A stretch of DNA of 64,000 bases, from NCBI GenBank assembly GCA_965205265.1, contig CBDBGH010000003.1, forward strand, positions 544,001 through 608,000. Reading direction: 5' to 3'. The notes below the pieces were generated by a model. The model searched no databases, was not told the origin of the DNA, and saw only the letters and a list, made by a program, of their open reading frames with translations. The translations under genes and the position numbers were made by a program. Numbering within the stretch: position 1 is the first letter of the stretch; each line of letters opens with the position of its first letter. Of this stretch, positions 39,151 to 50,344 are shown in pieces. Source of the DNA: Alphaproteobacteria bacterium. GTDB lineage: Bacteria; Pseudomonadota; Alphaproteobacteria; Bin95.

Positions 39151-40752
39151 ATGGCTGCGCTTGCGGAGATCGACCTTGAAACGCTGACACCCGAACAGCG
39201 GGAAGCGGCGGTGCAGGCGATCATGGCGCTGGAGACGCTTCGCACCGAGAACGAGGTGTTGACGGACCGCAATGAGGCGCAGTCCGAGCGCATCCGCCGT
39301 CTCGAACACCTGGTGCGCGAGCTGCAGCGCGTTATCTACGGGAAAAGGTCGGAGAAGCTGACGGCGGACGAGCGCCAGCTGGCGTTCGAGGACCTTGTTG
39401 CGGCGGCGGAAGAGATCGAGGAAGCGATCACGCCGGCCGATCCGGCGCCGGCCCAATCGCCGAAGCGTCCTCGCCCGGCGCGCAATCTCGGCCATTTGCC
39501 GGACCACCTGGAGCGGATCGAGCAGGTGATCGAGCCGGAGAGCACGCTCTGCCCCTGCGGCTGCGGGGAAATGGCGAAGATCGGCGAGGATCGCACGGAG
39601 CGCCTGGACATCGTGCCGGCGCAGTTGCGGGTGATCGTCACGGTGCGCCCGAAATACGCCTGCCGCCGGTGTGAGGAAGGCGTGACCCAGGCGCCGGCGC
39701 CGGCCCGGCTGATCGAAGGGGCGCTGCCGACCGAAGGCGCTATCGCGCATGTGCTGGTCTCGAAATACGCCGATCATTGTCCGTTGCACCGTCAGACGCA
39801 GATCTATGCCCGCTCAGGCCTCGATCTGGACCGCTCGACGCTGGCCGGCTGGGTCGGCAAGGCCTCGTTCCACCTCAGGCCGGTGGTTGACCGCCTGGCA
39901 CGGCACCTGAAACGGTCGTCCAAGCTCTTCATGGATGAGACGCGGGCGCCGGTGCTCGATCCGGGCCGCGGCAGGACGAAGACCGGCTGGTTATGGGCGC
40001 TGGCCCGCGACGACCGTTCCTGGGGCGGGCCCGATCCACCGGGCGTCGTCTACTTCTACGCCCCCGGGCGCGGCGGCGAACATGCGGAGCGCTTCCTTGA
40101 TGGCTTCGACGGCATCCTGCAGGTCGATGGCTATGCCGGCTACAGCCGGCTGGCCGGACCGAGCCGCAAGGGCGGCGCGCCGCTGCGGCTGGCCTACTGT
40201 TGGGCCCATTGTCGGCGCCGGCTTCGCGAAATCCACGACAGCAGCGGCTCGGAAATCGCAGCCGAGGGCTTACGCCGGATCGCCGAACTCTACGCCATCG
40301 AGGCCGATATACGCGGCAGCCCGCCGGAGCTGCGCCTCGCCGAACGGCAAACGCGCTCCGCGCCCCTGGTCGAGGCCTTCGGCGAATGGCTGACGCAGCA
40401 GCGCGTCCGCGTCTCGCCCAAGTCCCGGCTCGGCGAAAAGCTCGCCTATATCGCCCGTCATTGGGACGGCCTCCGGATCTTCCTCGACGACGGCCGCGTC
40501 GAAATGGATAGCAATGCCGTCGAAAACAGCCTGCGGCCCGTGGTCCTTACACGGAAAAACGCCTTGTTCGCCGGTCACGACGACGGCGCCGCCGCCTGGG
40601 GACGCATAGCATCCCTCATCCAGACGGCGAAGTTGAACGAGGTCGAGCCACACGCCTGGCTCAAGGCCACACTCGAAGCCATCGCAGCCGGTCATCCCAA
40701 TGACCGCCTCGATGAACTGCTTCCCTGGAACTTCAAGCCGTCGTCAAGCTGA
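39151..40752 (+). CDS. tnpC: IS66 transposase TnpC
   Basis: CPCGC, KYADH, MDET, CWAH.RR, DSN.VEN, LLPW. Confidence 0.95.
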   Translation: MAALAEIDLETLTPEQREAAVQAIMALETLRTENEVLTDRNEAQSERIRRLEHLVRELQRVIYGKRSEKLTADERQLAFEDLVAAAEEIEEAITPADPAPAQSPKRPRPARNLGHLPDHLERIEQVIEPESTLCPCGCGEMAKIGEDRTERLDIVPAQLRVIVTVRPKYACRRCEEGVTQAPAPARLIEGALPTEGAIAHVLVSKYADHCPLHRQTQIYARSGLDLDRSTLAGWVGKASFHLRPVVDRLARHLKRSSKLFMDETRAPVLDPGRGRTKTGWLWALARDDRSWGGPDPPGVVYFYAPGRGGEHAERFLDGFDGILQVDGYAGYSRLAGPSRKGGAPLRLAYCWAHCRRRLREIHDSSGSEIAAEGLRRIAELYAIEADIRGSPPELRLAERQTRSAPLVEAFGEWLTQQRVRVSPKSRLGEKLAYIARHWDGLRIFLDDGRVEMDSNAVENSLRPVVLTRKNALFAGHDDGAAAWGRIASLIQTAKLNEVEPHAWLKATLEAIAAGHPNDRLDELLPWNFKPSSS

Positions 40753-40793
40753 AAGCCGGCTGCCTCGCCCGCACCGCATACCATGAAATGAAA

Positions 40794-40822
40794 TTGACCA
40801 CTAAATGAACAAGGTGTAATGC
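40794..40822 (+). promoter_or_regulatory. Candidate sigma70 promoter, likely native to the CVNH gene
   Basis: TTGACC-N17-TAATGC in an AT-rich patch. Confidence 0.35.
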
Positions 40823-40897
40823 GGTGACTTTCGACCGTCTGGGATTCACGGTATTGCACCCCTTGGTACAGTACCTGACATCTAGGCCGGCGATAAC

Positions 40898-42019
40898 CTA
40901 GTGTCCTGATTCTGAAGTTTTGATGATTTTCATCTGGCGTTCGGCAGTTTCCAGCGTCCGCAGACAGAAGCGCTTGATGGTGGCAAGGATGTCGTCGGCG
41001 GATTTGGTCCAGCGGAAGGGTCGCGGGTCGGCGTTGACGGTGTCGATGTAGTTCCGGATGGCCTGCTCGAGTTCCTGGGGCGAGCGATGAACCCCGCGCC
41101 TGAGCTGTTTCTCGGTCAAGAGTGCGAAGAAGCGCTCGACCTGGTTGAGCCAGGAGGCGCCGGTGGGCGTGAAGTGGACATGCCAGCGGGGATGCCGGGC
41201 CAGCCAACGCCGGACGGCGGGCGTCTTGTGGGTTGCGTAGTTGTCCATCACCAGATGGACGTCGAGTTCGCCGGGGACCTGGGCTTCGAGCGTGCGCAGG
41301 AACTTGAGGAACTCCCGGCTGCGGTGGCGCGGCAAGCACTGGCCGATGACCCGGCCGGTGGCGATGTCCAGCGCCGCGAACAGCGTGGTGGTGCCATGGC
41401 GCGTGTAGTCATGAGTACGCCGCTCGACCTGACCCGGCCGCATGGGAAGCAGCGGGCGGGAGCGGTCCAGAGCTTGGATCTGGCTCTTCTCATCGACGCA
41501 GAGCACCAGCGCGCGCTCGGGCGGGTCGAGATAGAGGCCGACAATGTCCCGCACCTTCTCCACAAACAGTGGGTCCGACGACAGCTTGAACGTCTCCGAG
41601 CGATGCGGCTGCAGGCCGAAAGCCTGCCAGATGCGATGGATCGTCGAGGGCGCATAGCCTGCAGCGCGCGCCATCGAGCGCAGGCTCCAATGCGTGCCGT
41701 CGGGGGGTGTTTCTTCCAGGGTGCGGGCAATGACCTCCGCAACCTCCTCGTCACCGATCTTGCGCGGAGCGCCCGGGCGCGGCTCGTCATAGAGCCCGTC
41801 AAGCCCGCGCTCGGCAAAACGCCGCCGCCATTTGCCGACCGTATTCGCATCCGCTCCCAAGCGCGCAACTATCGCCTTGTTCTCCAGACCCTCAGCAGCA
41901 GCCAGGACAATCCGAGCCCGACGCGCCAGTCCCTGCGCCGTCTTCCGACGCCGCGCCAAACCCTCCAACTCTCGTCGTTCTGCTGCCGACAAAGTAATCG
42001 CGACCGCTGCTCTCCCCAC
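40898..42019 (-). CDS. IS630 transposase
   Basis: [28 protein letters not shown]; the stop codon uses the flanking TA. Confidence 0.95.
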   Translation of the reverse strand: MGRAAVAITLSAAERRELEGLARRRKTAQGLARRARIVLAAAEGLENKAIVARLGADANTVGKWRRRFAERGLDGLYDEPRPGAPRKIGDEEVAEVIARTLEETPPDGTHWSLRSMARAAGYAPSTIHRIWQAFGLQPHRSETFKLSSDPLFVEKVRDIVGLYLDPPERALVLCVDEKSQIQALDRSRPLLPMRPGQVERRTHDYTRHGTTTLFAALDIATGRVIGQCLPRHRSREFLKFLRTLEAQVPGELDVHLVMDNYATHKTPAVRRWLARHPRWHVHFTPTGASWLNQVERFFALLTEKQLRRGVHRSPQELEQAIRNYIDTVNADPRPFRWTKSADDILATIKRFCLRTLETAERQMKIIKTSESGH

Positions 42020-42078
42020 CGGTCAGCCCTCCATCAAAACCGATAATCTTATTCTAATAAACTTCTCGATCAGGATAC
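40901..42078 (-). mobile_element. IS630 family element
   Basis: Imperfect IRs GTGTCCTGATTCTGAAGTTT / AAACTTCTCGATCAGGATAC; TA duplicated at 40899-40900 and 42079-42080. Confidence 0.92.
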
Positions 42079-42101
42079 TAGCAAAGAAAGGTAGTGAACA
42101 G

Positions 42102-42599
42102 ATGTGTACGAGACAATTCGACATAAAGGGTCTGATCGGCGTTGTTGTCGTACTGGGCGTTTCGGCAATGCTGGCCGGCCCCGCGTCGGCGCAGACCTCC
42201 TCTGTCCAGGCCCGGACGGGAAATCTCCACGAAGACTGCAACCAGTTCGTCCTGAATGTGGGTACATCGAAGGTCGATCTGAAGGCGAACTGCAGGACCA
42301 GCGACGACAACGACAACAGGAAGGGAACCCGAATCAACCTCTCCTCCAACATCGAAAATAACTTCGGCCGCCTGAGTTGGGATGGGAGCGACTTCCAAAA
42401 ATCCTGCTCCCTTATCAAAGTCGCGCGCCATTCCAACGGAGTGAAACTGACAGCTACATGCAAAACCGGGGAACGCGAGTTGGTGCCGGCTGAATACCCG
42501 AACAGGGGCGTCACGTCGGTAGACGTCACAAATAAGGCATCGCTGGAGTTGAACACCTACTACCGCGTGAACTCGAGCGGCGCGCTTGAGGTCAGATAG
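42102..42599 (+). CDS. Secreted cyanovirin-N homology (CVNH) domain protein
   Basis: Signal peptide (..AGPASA|Q), then two CVN-like repeats with 4 Cys: GNLHEDC..LKANC..INLSSNIENNFGRLSW / SDFQKSC..LTATC..LELNTYYRVNSSGAL. Confidence 0.7.
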   Translation: MCTRQFDIKGLIGVVVVLGVSAMLAGPASAQTSSVQARTGNLHEDCNQFVLNVGTSKVDLKANCRTSDDNDNRKGTRINLSSNIENNFGRLSWDGSDFQKSCSLIKVARHSNGVKLTATCKTGERELVPAEYPNRGVTSVDVTNKASLELNTYYRVNSSGALEVR

Positions 42600-42734
42600 G
42601 CCCGCCCGGCGACGACCCCGGCCAACCCGTCGGATTTGACGACCGCGCATGCCCTGTTGCTCACATGGCAACGGTGACACTCAAATCACAAGCTCAGCCG
42701 GAAGGTGTGCGGCGGTTCGCATTAAGGTCCGGGA

Positions 42735-42890
42735 GGCCGTCAAGACCGCCGCGCGCCGCTTCGCCGACCTGGGCAGTCGCTTCGCTTTGTGCCTGAGTTG
42801 GAAGCCCGCCTACCCCAAGGCTGTCGCCTCCCCGCGCAACGATCTCGACGACCTGCTCACCTGCTTCCACTACAAGACCCTTACCGGCCC
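42735..42890 (+). pseudogene. IS256-family transposase relic
   Basis: W..AYPKAVA..RNDLDDLLTCF fragment, no complete ORF. Confidence 0.5.
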
Positions 42891-42993
42891 CTGCACGGCT
42901 GCGCCATCGTTGGCACGCGCATACTGCGCAGTCCGCCGGCGCGGGACTATCGCCCCTGTAGCCCTCACCAAAGGAACATGATAGGGTTCGAAC

Positions 42994-43215
42994 ATGACCA
43001 AGGCACTGCATAAACTGGGTTCCACTGCGACGGCCGCCGTGAACGGCCGGCTCGCGGAAGCCGCGCACTTGCAGGCGATCGAGGGCAATCCGCTGACAGC
43101 GGAGGAGATCGCCATGTTCGAGATGTTCGAGCGCGAGGGATGGCCACCCGAGCGGCGCCGCGCCCATATCCTGAGCCGGATCAAGGACCGCGGCCGCACC
43201 GCCGCGGCGGAATGA
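42994..43215 (+). CDS. FicA/VbhA-like antitoxin
   Basis: 73 aa with LQAIEGN inhibitory-type motif; ATGA overlap with the Fic gene. Confidence 0.7.
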   Translation: MTKALHKLGSTATAAVNGRLAEAAHLQAIEGNPLTAEEIAMFEMFEREGWPPERRRAHILSRIKDRGRTAAAE

Positions 43216-43778
43216 GCGACCGCGACTACTGCTATCCGCCCGACTACACCGTTCTCCGCAACCTGCTGGACATCCGGGACGCCCCGGCGCTGGAAGCGGC
43301 CGAGCGCGAGTTGGTCGCCCAGCGCCTTCTTGAGACCGTGCCGGCGGGCGACTTCGATCTTGCCCACCTGAAGGCGATCCACCGCCATCTGTTCCAGGAC
43401 GTCTACGCCTGGGCGGGCGAGGTCCGCACAGTCGAGTTCGCCAAGGACGGGAGCCGATTCCAGCCGAGGCGGTTCATCGAGACCGGCATGGCGGACATCC
43501 ACCGCCGCATTGTGGCGGCCGGGTATTTCGCGGGGCTGGGGCCGGACGGGTTCGCCGGGGGTGCCGGCCCGGTGCTGGGCGACGTCAACCATGTCCACCC
43601 GTTCCGCGAGGGCAATGGGCGCACGCAGCTCCAGTATCTGAAGCAACTCGCCGCGCGCGCCGGGCATGTCCTCGACCTGACCCTGCTCGACCGCGCCGCC
43701 TGGCTGGACGCCTCGCGGCGGTCCAATACGGGCGATCATGCCGCCATGACCCGCTGCATCCGCTACGCGCTGATATAG
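43212..43778 (+). CDS. Fic family toxin (FicT-like)
   Basis: Y.YP...VLRN.L.IRD, IHRHLFQDVYAWAG..R, HPFREGNGRTQ. Confidence 0.9.
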   Translation: MSDRDYCYPPDYTVLRNLLDIRDAPALEAAERELVAQRLLETVPAGDFDLAHLKAIHRHLFQDVYAWAGEVRTVEFAKDGSRFQPRRFIETGMADIHRRIVAAGYFAGLGPDGFAGGAGPVLGDVNHVHPFREGNGRTQLQYLKQLAARAGHVLDLTLLDRAAWLDASRRSNTGDHAAMTRCIRYALI

Positions 43779-43995
43779 CCGACCGCGCTTTCATCCGCCG
43801 CCGTTGACGCTCACAGCACCCGACCGCCTCGCCTCCACCCGTGTTGCCGTCTCGTTGTCCTTGAGTGATCTCGCCGCCCGTCCGCTTCCCGCCGTCAAGA
43901 GGAGAGGTTTGGCCGTGAACGGGGCGGCGGTCGGGGCGTCCGTGGGAGGGTGTCCGGCTGCCGCTCATCATCACCGACAGGATGGAGACGGCACC

Positions 43996-44103
43996 ATGAC
44001 GGCAGCGATGGCAATACCCGGCAACACGGCGGAGACGTTCCTGGTTCATTTCTTCGGCACCGGCCTGGCCGACGACCGCTATGTGGTCGAACGCTACCGG
44101 GCC
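43996..44103 (+). pseudogene. 5' fragment of an unknown gene cut by IS66 type B
   Basis: GGAGA RBS, then MTAAMAIPGNTAETFLVHFFG... running into the IS66 end at 44104; no continuation found. Confidence 0.35.
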
Positions 44104-44192
44104 GTAAGCGATGGAGTGGACGCCCCTCCCGACGGCATCGCAATGTGCCAGGTTGACGGTGTTGTAAACGCCAAGAGAGGAAAGGGGCGTCC

Positions 44193-45215
44193 ATGGAACA
44201 GGTTAGCATGATCGGGATCGATCTCGCGAAGAACAGCTTTCAGCTTCACGGTGCGCGACCCGAAGGATCGGTCGCGTTCCGGAAGAAGCTGAGCCGGGGT
44301 AAGGTGCTGGGGTTTCTGGCCTCGCAGCAGCCCTGCACAGTTGCGATGGAAGCCTGCGGCGGCGCGCATCATTGGGGTCGTGAGATTGGGCGTCTGGGCC
44401 ATGCGGTGCGGTTGGTTCCGCCGGCCTACGTGAAGGCCTACGTCAAGCGACAGAAGAACGATGCGGCGGATGCGGAGGCGATCTGCGAGGCGGCATCGCG
44501 TCCGACGATGAGTTTTGTGGCGGTGAAGACGGTCGAGCAGCAGGCCCGTGGCATGCTGTTCCGCACGCGCGATCTGCTGGTGCGCCAGCGGACCCAGACG
44601 ATCAACGCGCTTCGCGGCCACCTGGCGGAGTTCGGTGTCATTGCTCCCCAGGGCCCGGTTCATGTCGAGCGTCTGGCGTCGGCGCTTGAAGACCCGGACC
44701 TGGATCTGCCGGATGCGGTCCGCGAGCTGGCCGGCCTTCTGTTGAACCAGATTGGCGGGCTTGGCGAGAAGATCGATGGCCTTGACGGGGAAATCCGGGC
44801 GGCGGCTCGGCAGGACGACGAGGTACGTCGTCTGATGACGGTGCCGGGGATCGGCCCGATCACTGCGATGGCGGTTCAGGCCTTCGCGCCGCCGATGGAG
44901 ACCTTCCGGCGCGGACGGGACTTCGCCGCCTGGCTCGGCCTGGTGCCGCGCCAGCACACGACCGGCGGCAAGCCGCGGCTGGGCAAGATATCGAAGATGG
45001 GCCAACGCGATCTGAGACGGCTGCTGATTACAGGCGCCATGGCGGTCGTTCGCTGGGCGGCTCGGCGCGGCAGGACGAACGATCCATGGCTTGCCAGGAT
45101 GCTGGCGCGCAAGCCGCGTATGCTGGTCGCCGTGGCGCTGGCCAACCGGATGGCGCGCATCGTCTGGGCGCTGATGATGAAGAAGGAGAGTTACCGGGCT
45201 CCCGCCGCCGCCTGA
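44193..45215 (+). CDS. IS110 DEDD recombinase/transposase
   Basis: GIDLAK, MEACG, KNDAADAEAI, PGIGP, AAWLGLVP..TTGGK. Confidence 0.95.
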   Translation: MEQVSMIGIDLAKNSFQLHGARPEGSVAFRKKLSRGKVLGFLASQQPCTVAMEACGGAHHWGREIGRLGHAVRLVPPAYVKAYVKRQKNDAADAEAICEAASRPTMSFVAVKTVEQQARGMLFRTRDLLVRQRTQTINALRGHLAEFGVIAPQGPVHVERLASALEDPDLDLPDAVRELAGLLLNQIGGLGEKIDGLDGEIRAAARQDDEVRRLMTVPGIGPITAMAVQAFAPPMETFRRGRDFAAWLGLVPRQHTTGGKPRLGKISKMGQRDLRRLLITGAMAVVRWAARRGRTNDPWLARMLARKPRMLVAVALANRMARIVWALMMKKESYRAPAAA

Positions 45216-45484
45216 CAGGGCGGCCGGACGGGTAGCTGTCGGGGACGCGGGCAGGTCTGAGGAAAGGCAAGGGCAAACGGTCAATCGAGACGGGATCGGG
45301 AAAACCAGTTCAGCTCCGCAGGGCCGTTGAGCTCGCGTAAGCGATTTGGACCCGGTCCGCGCATCTCCATGAGGGCCCGCGGCGCGTGACCTGCCGCATT
45401 GAGAGGCCGGACACACGACAGCGCCTGACCGCGCGCCGAGCCGCCCGAAGAAAATGCTTGCGTCACCAGGGGCGTCCACACACG
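45216..45484 (+). ncRNA. Candidate bridge/seek RNA region of the IS110 element
   Basis: Stem-loops plus segments matching the target (CGTAAGCG 45336-45343; CGCGCAT 45358-45364) and the donor junction (CTCCAT 45365-45370; ACACACG 45411-45417). Confidence 0.7.
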
Positions 45485-45550
45485 GGGCGAGCGGGGCACC
45501 TTCCAGGTTCGGTTCTGATTTGAGATTCACGCCTGCGAGTTGGGCAGGAG

Positions 45551-45955
45551 GTGAGTTTCACATTGTTGGGCTCAGTTGAGACACACAGGACGGTTGAAGT
45601 GCTTCCGGCGCGTGGCGGACGTCGTCGCTGGCCGGACGAAGTGAAGGCTCGGATTGTAGCGGAGACGCTGGAGCCTGGGGCGACGGTGCGCGCCGTTGCG
45701 CGGCGATACGATGTTCATTCGAACCAGCTGACGAGCTGGCGGCGTCTGGCGCGGGATGGGCGTCTTGTTTTGCCTGCGGCGGAAGCGGGCGTGGAGTTTG
45801 CGCCGCTTGTGGTGCGGGCTGAAGGGCGCGGCGGTGCCGAGGTGAGCGGCGCGCGTGTGGAAGTGGTCCTGGACCGGGTTACGGTCCGTCTGGACGCGGC
45901 GGTGCCGGCGGTCCGGCTGGCGGAGATCGTCTCTGCGCTGAACGCGTCGTCATGA
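45551..45955 (+). CDS. tnpA: IS66 TnpA
   Basis: Homologous to 38356-38745. Confidence 0.88.
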   Translation: MSFTLLGSVETHRTVEVLPARGGRRRWPDEVKARIVAETLEPGATVRAVARRYDVHSNQLTSWRRLARDGRLVLPAAEAGVEFAPLVVRAEGRGGAEVSGARVEVVLDRVTVRLDAAVPAVRLAEIVSALNASS

Positions 45956-46305
45956 TCTTCCCCTCGAACCGGGTGCGGATCATGGTCGCGACGAAGCCCG
46001 TCGACTTCAGGAAGCAGCACGACGGTCTTGTGGCCTATGTGAAGAGCGCGCTGCGCCGTGACCCGTTCACGGGCACGGTGTTCGTGTTCCGGGCGAAGCG
46101 CAGCGACAGGCTGAAGCTGATCTACTGGGACGGGACCGGCCTGGTCATGGTCTACAAGCGCCTGGAGGAGCAAGGCTTTGTGTGGCCGGCGATCCGGGAC
46201 GGGGCGATGACGTTGAACCATGCGCAGTTCGAGGCCTTGTTCGCGGGCCTGGACTGGCGTCGCGTGCGGGCGCTGTCGGTCAGGGCGCCGGCCGAGGCGG
46301 AATGA
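45952..46305 (+). CDS. tnpB: IS66 TnpB
   Basis: PVDFRK, KLIYWDGTG. Confidence 0.92.
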   Translation: MIFPSNRVRIMVATKPVDFRKQHDGLVAYVKSALRRDPFTGTVFVFRAKRSDRLKLIYWDGTGLVMVYKRLEEQGFVWPAIRDGAMTLNHAQFEALFAGLDWRRVRALSVRAPAEAE

Positions 46306-47714
46306 CTCACCGCACGGATCGCGGCCTGCGGCTCCGCGACACTGTGCTATCGGGTGAGCCATGGCTGCGCTTGCGGAGATGGACCTCGACACGCTGACGC
46401 CCGAACAGGCGGCGGCCGCGAGGCAGGCGCTTGCGGCGCTGGAGACGCTGCGTGCCGAGAACGAGACGCTGGCGGAAGAGAAGGCCTGTCTGGCGGGTGA
46501 GAACGAGGCGCAGGCCGAACGCATCCGCCGTCTGGAACATCTGAACCTGGAACTGATCCGGCTTCTGTATGGCAAGAGGTCGGAGAAGCTGTCGGCGGAC
46601 GAACGCCAGCTGGCGTTCGAGGAGCTTGAGGGCGCGTCTGCGGAGGTGGAGGCCGCGGCGCCGCCGGAAGACCCGTCGCCGGCGCGCTCGGCGAAGCGGC
46701 CTCGTCCGGCGCGCAATCTCGGCCATTTGCCGGAACACCTGCCCCGGATCGAGCAGGTGATCGAGCCGGAGAGCACGCTCTGCCCCTGCGGCTGCGGGGA
46801 GATGGTGCGGATCGGGGAAGATCGCGCCGAGAGGCTCGACATCGTGCCGGCGCAGTTGCGGGTGATCGTCACCGTGCGCCCGAAATACGCCTGCCGGACC
46901 TGCGAGGGAGGCGTCACCCAGGCGCCGGCGCCGGCCCGGCTGATCGAGGGCGCGCTGCCGACTGAAGGCGCCATCGCCCATGTTCTGATCTCGAAATACG
47001 CTGACCACAGTGTGTCCTGAAGCACCGCCATGAAAGGAGGTGCGCAACTGCAAGAGAGATGAGGGTAGGCCCCTCGGGGTCGACGATCAGGCGTCGGTCT
47101 CAAACCACCACGAGCTGCTGTCGTAAAGAGCGATGGTGGTGAGCGTCGTGGAAACGGCGGGACGACGATCTCGTCAGGTGAGGTCCGGGGAGACGAGCGA
47201 AAGCGAACCGCCGATGAACTGCCGAAAGCGTATGGTCGATGTCAGAACCGGGGGTGGTGGTCACTCCGGGATAAGCATGGGCGGAGTCCTGGAGTCCGGC
47301 CCACGCGGCATCCGGCTCGAAGGCGGCGTGAACCCGGAACAGGCTTTCTTGCGGAACAGGAGAACCTGTCGTCCCGATGCCAAGGGAGACGGCCAACCGG
47401 GCAGCCCCCGGAAGGCTCAGAGTACCGATGCGGGGCACAGGGGCAGAACAGCCTATAGCGCGACAATCTGGGTGAGAGCCGCGCGTCAATCAGGATGAGA
47501 TTCCCCGGCGGCATCGGCGAGTTGATGATTGTCGCGCGGGGCGCGGATTGCAAGCGGTTTCGGATTTTGATTGTCGCGGCGCGACAAACAAGGTTTTCGG
47601 AGAGCGTTTTGATTGTCGCGGGGGGGCCGTCGGGTCGGAGAAGAGACGGCCCGCGGAGGCGATTCCCGCGGGCCGTGAGTGTTGTGGCCGCTGGGCCGAT
47701 CTGGCGGCAGCGGT

Positions 47715-50062
<2,348 letters not shown>

Positions 50063-50344
50063 CTACTCGGAAAAACGTCACCGTTCGCCCAGCCGACCGA
50101 CCCCGCCAGAAGGTCCAGGAAAAATTTTTTGAGGCGGCGGCCCGGAACTCCGGTCGGGCTACGCCCTCCCTCCGTTCCGGGCCGCCGCCTTCCCCCGTCT
50201 CATCCTGATTGTCGCCAGCGTCTCAAGCTGATTGTCGCGCCGCAACAGCCCGTAGTAGGGATGAAGGCGCTGTAATGGCGCTGGACCGAAGGGGCTGTGG
50301 TGTTCAGCCGCTGCCGTCGGCCAACTGGTGACAGGAGGAGCCGG

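Larger units (their letters stand above)
38271..40781 (+). mobile_element. IS66 family element, type A, copy 1 (2511 bp)
   Basis: IRL GTAAGCGATGCGGCAGGGGCA, IRR TGCCTCGCCCGCACCGCATAC; tnpA-tnpB-tnpC; matches 53691-56201. Confidence 0.95.
44111..45484 (+). mobile_element. IS110 family element (IS1111-type) inserted in the IS66 left IR
   Basis: Subterminal IRs GTGGACGCCCC / GGGGCGTCCAC, CG core on both sides, about 270-nt 3' non-coding region. Confidence 0.9.

Noticed and set aside
47520-47625. Regularly spaced TGATTGTCGC repeats as a mini-CRISPR array
   Set aside because: The repeats are only about 10-13 bp, recur at the other IS21 end, and fit IS21 transposase-binding repeats; no cas genes are present.
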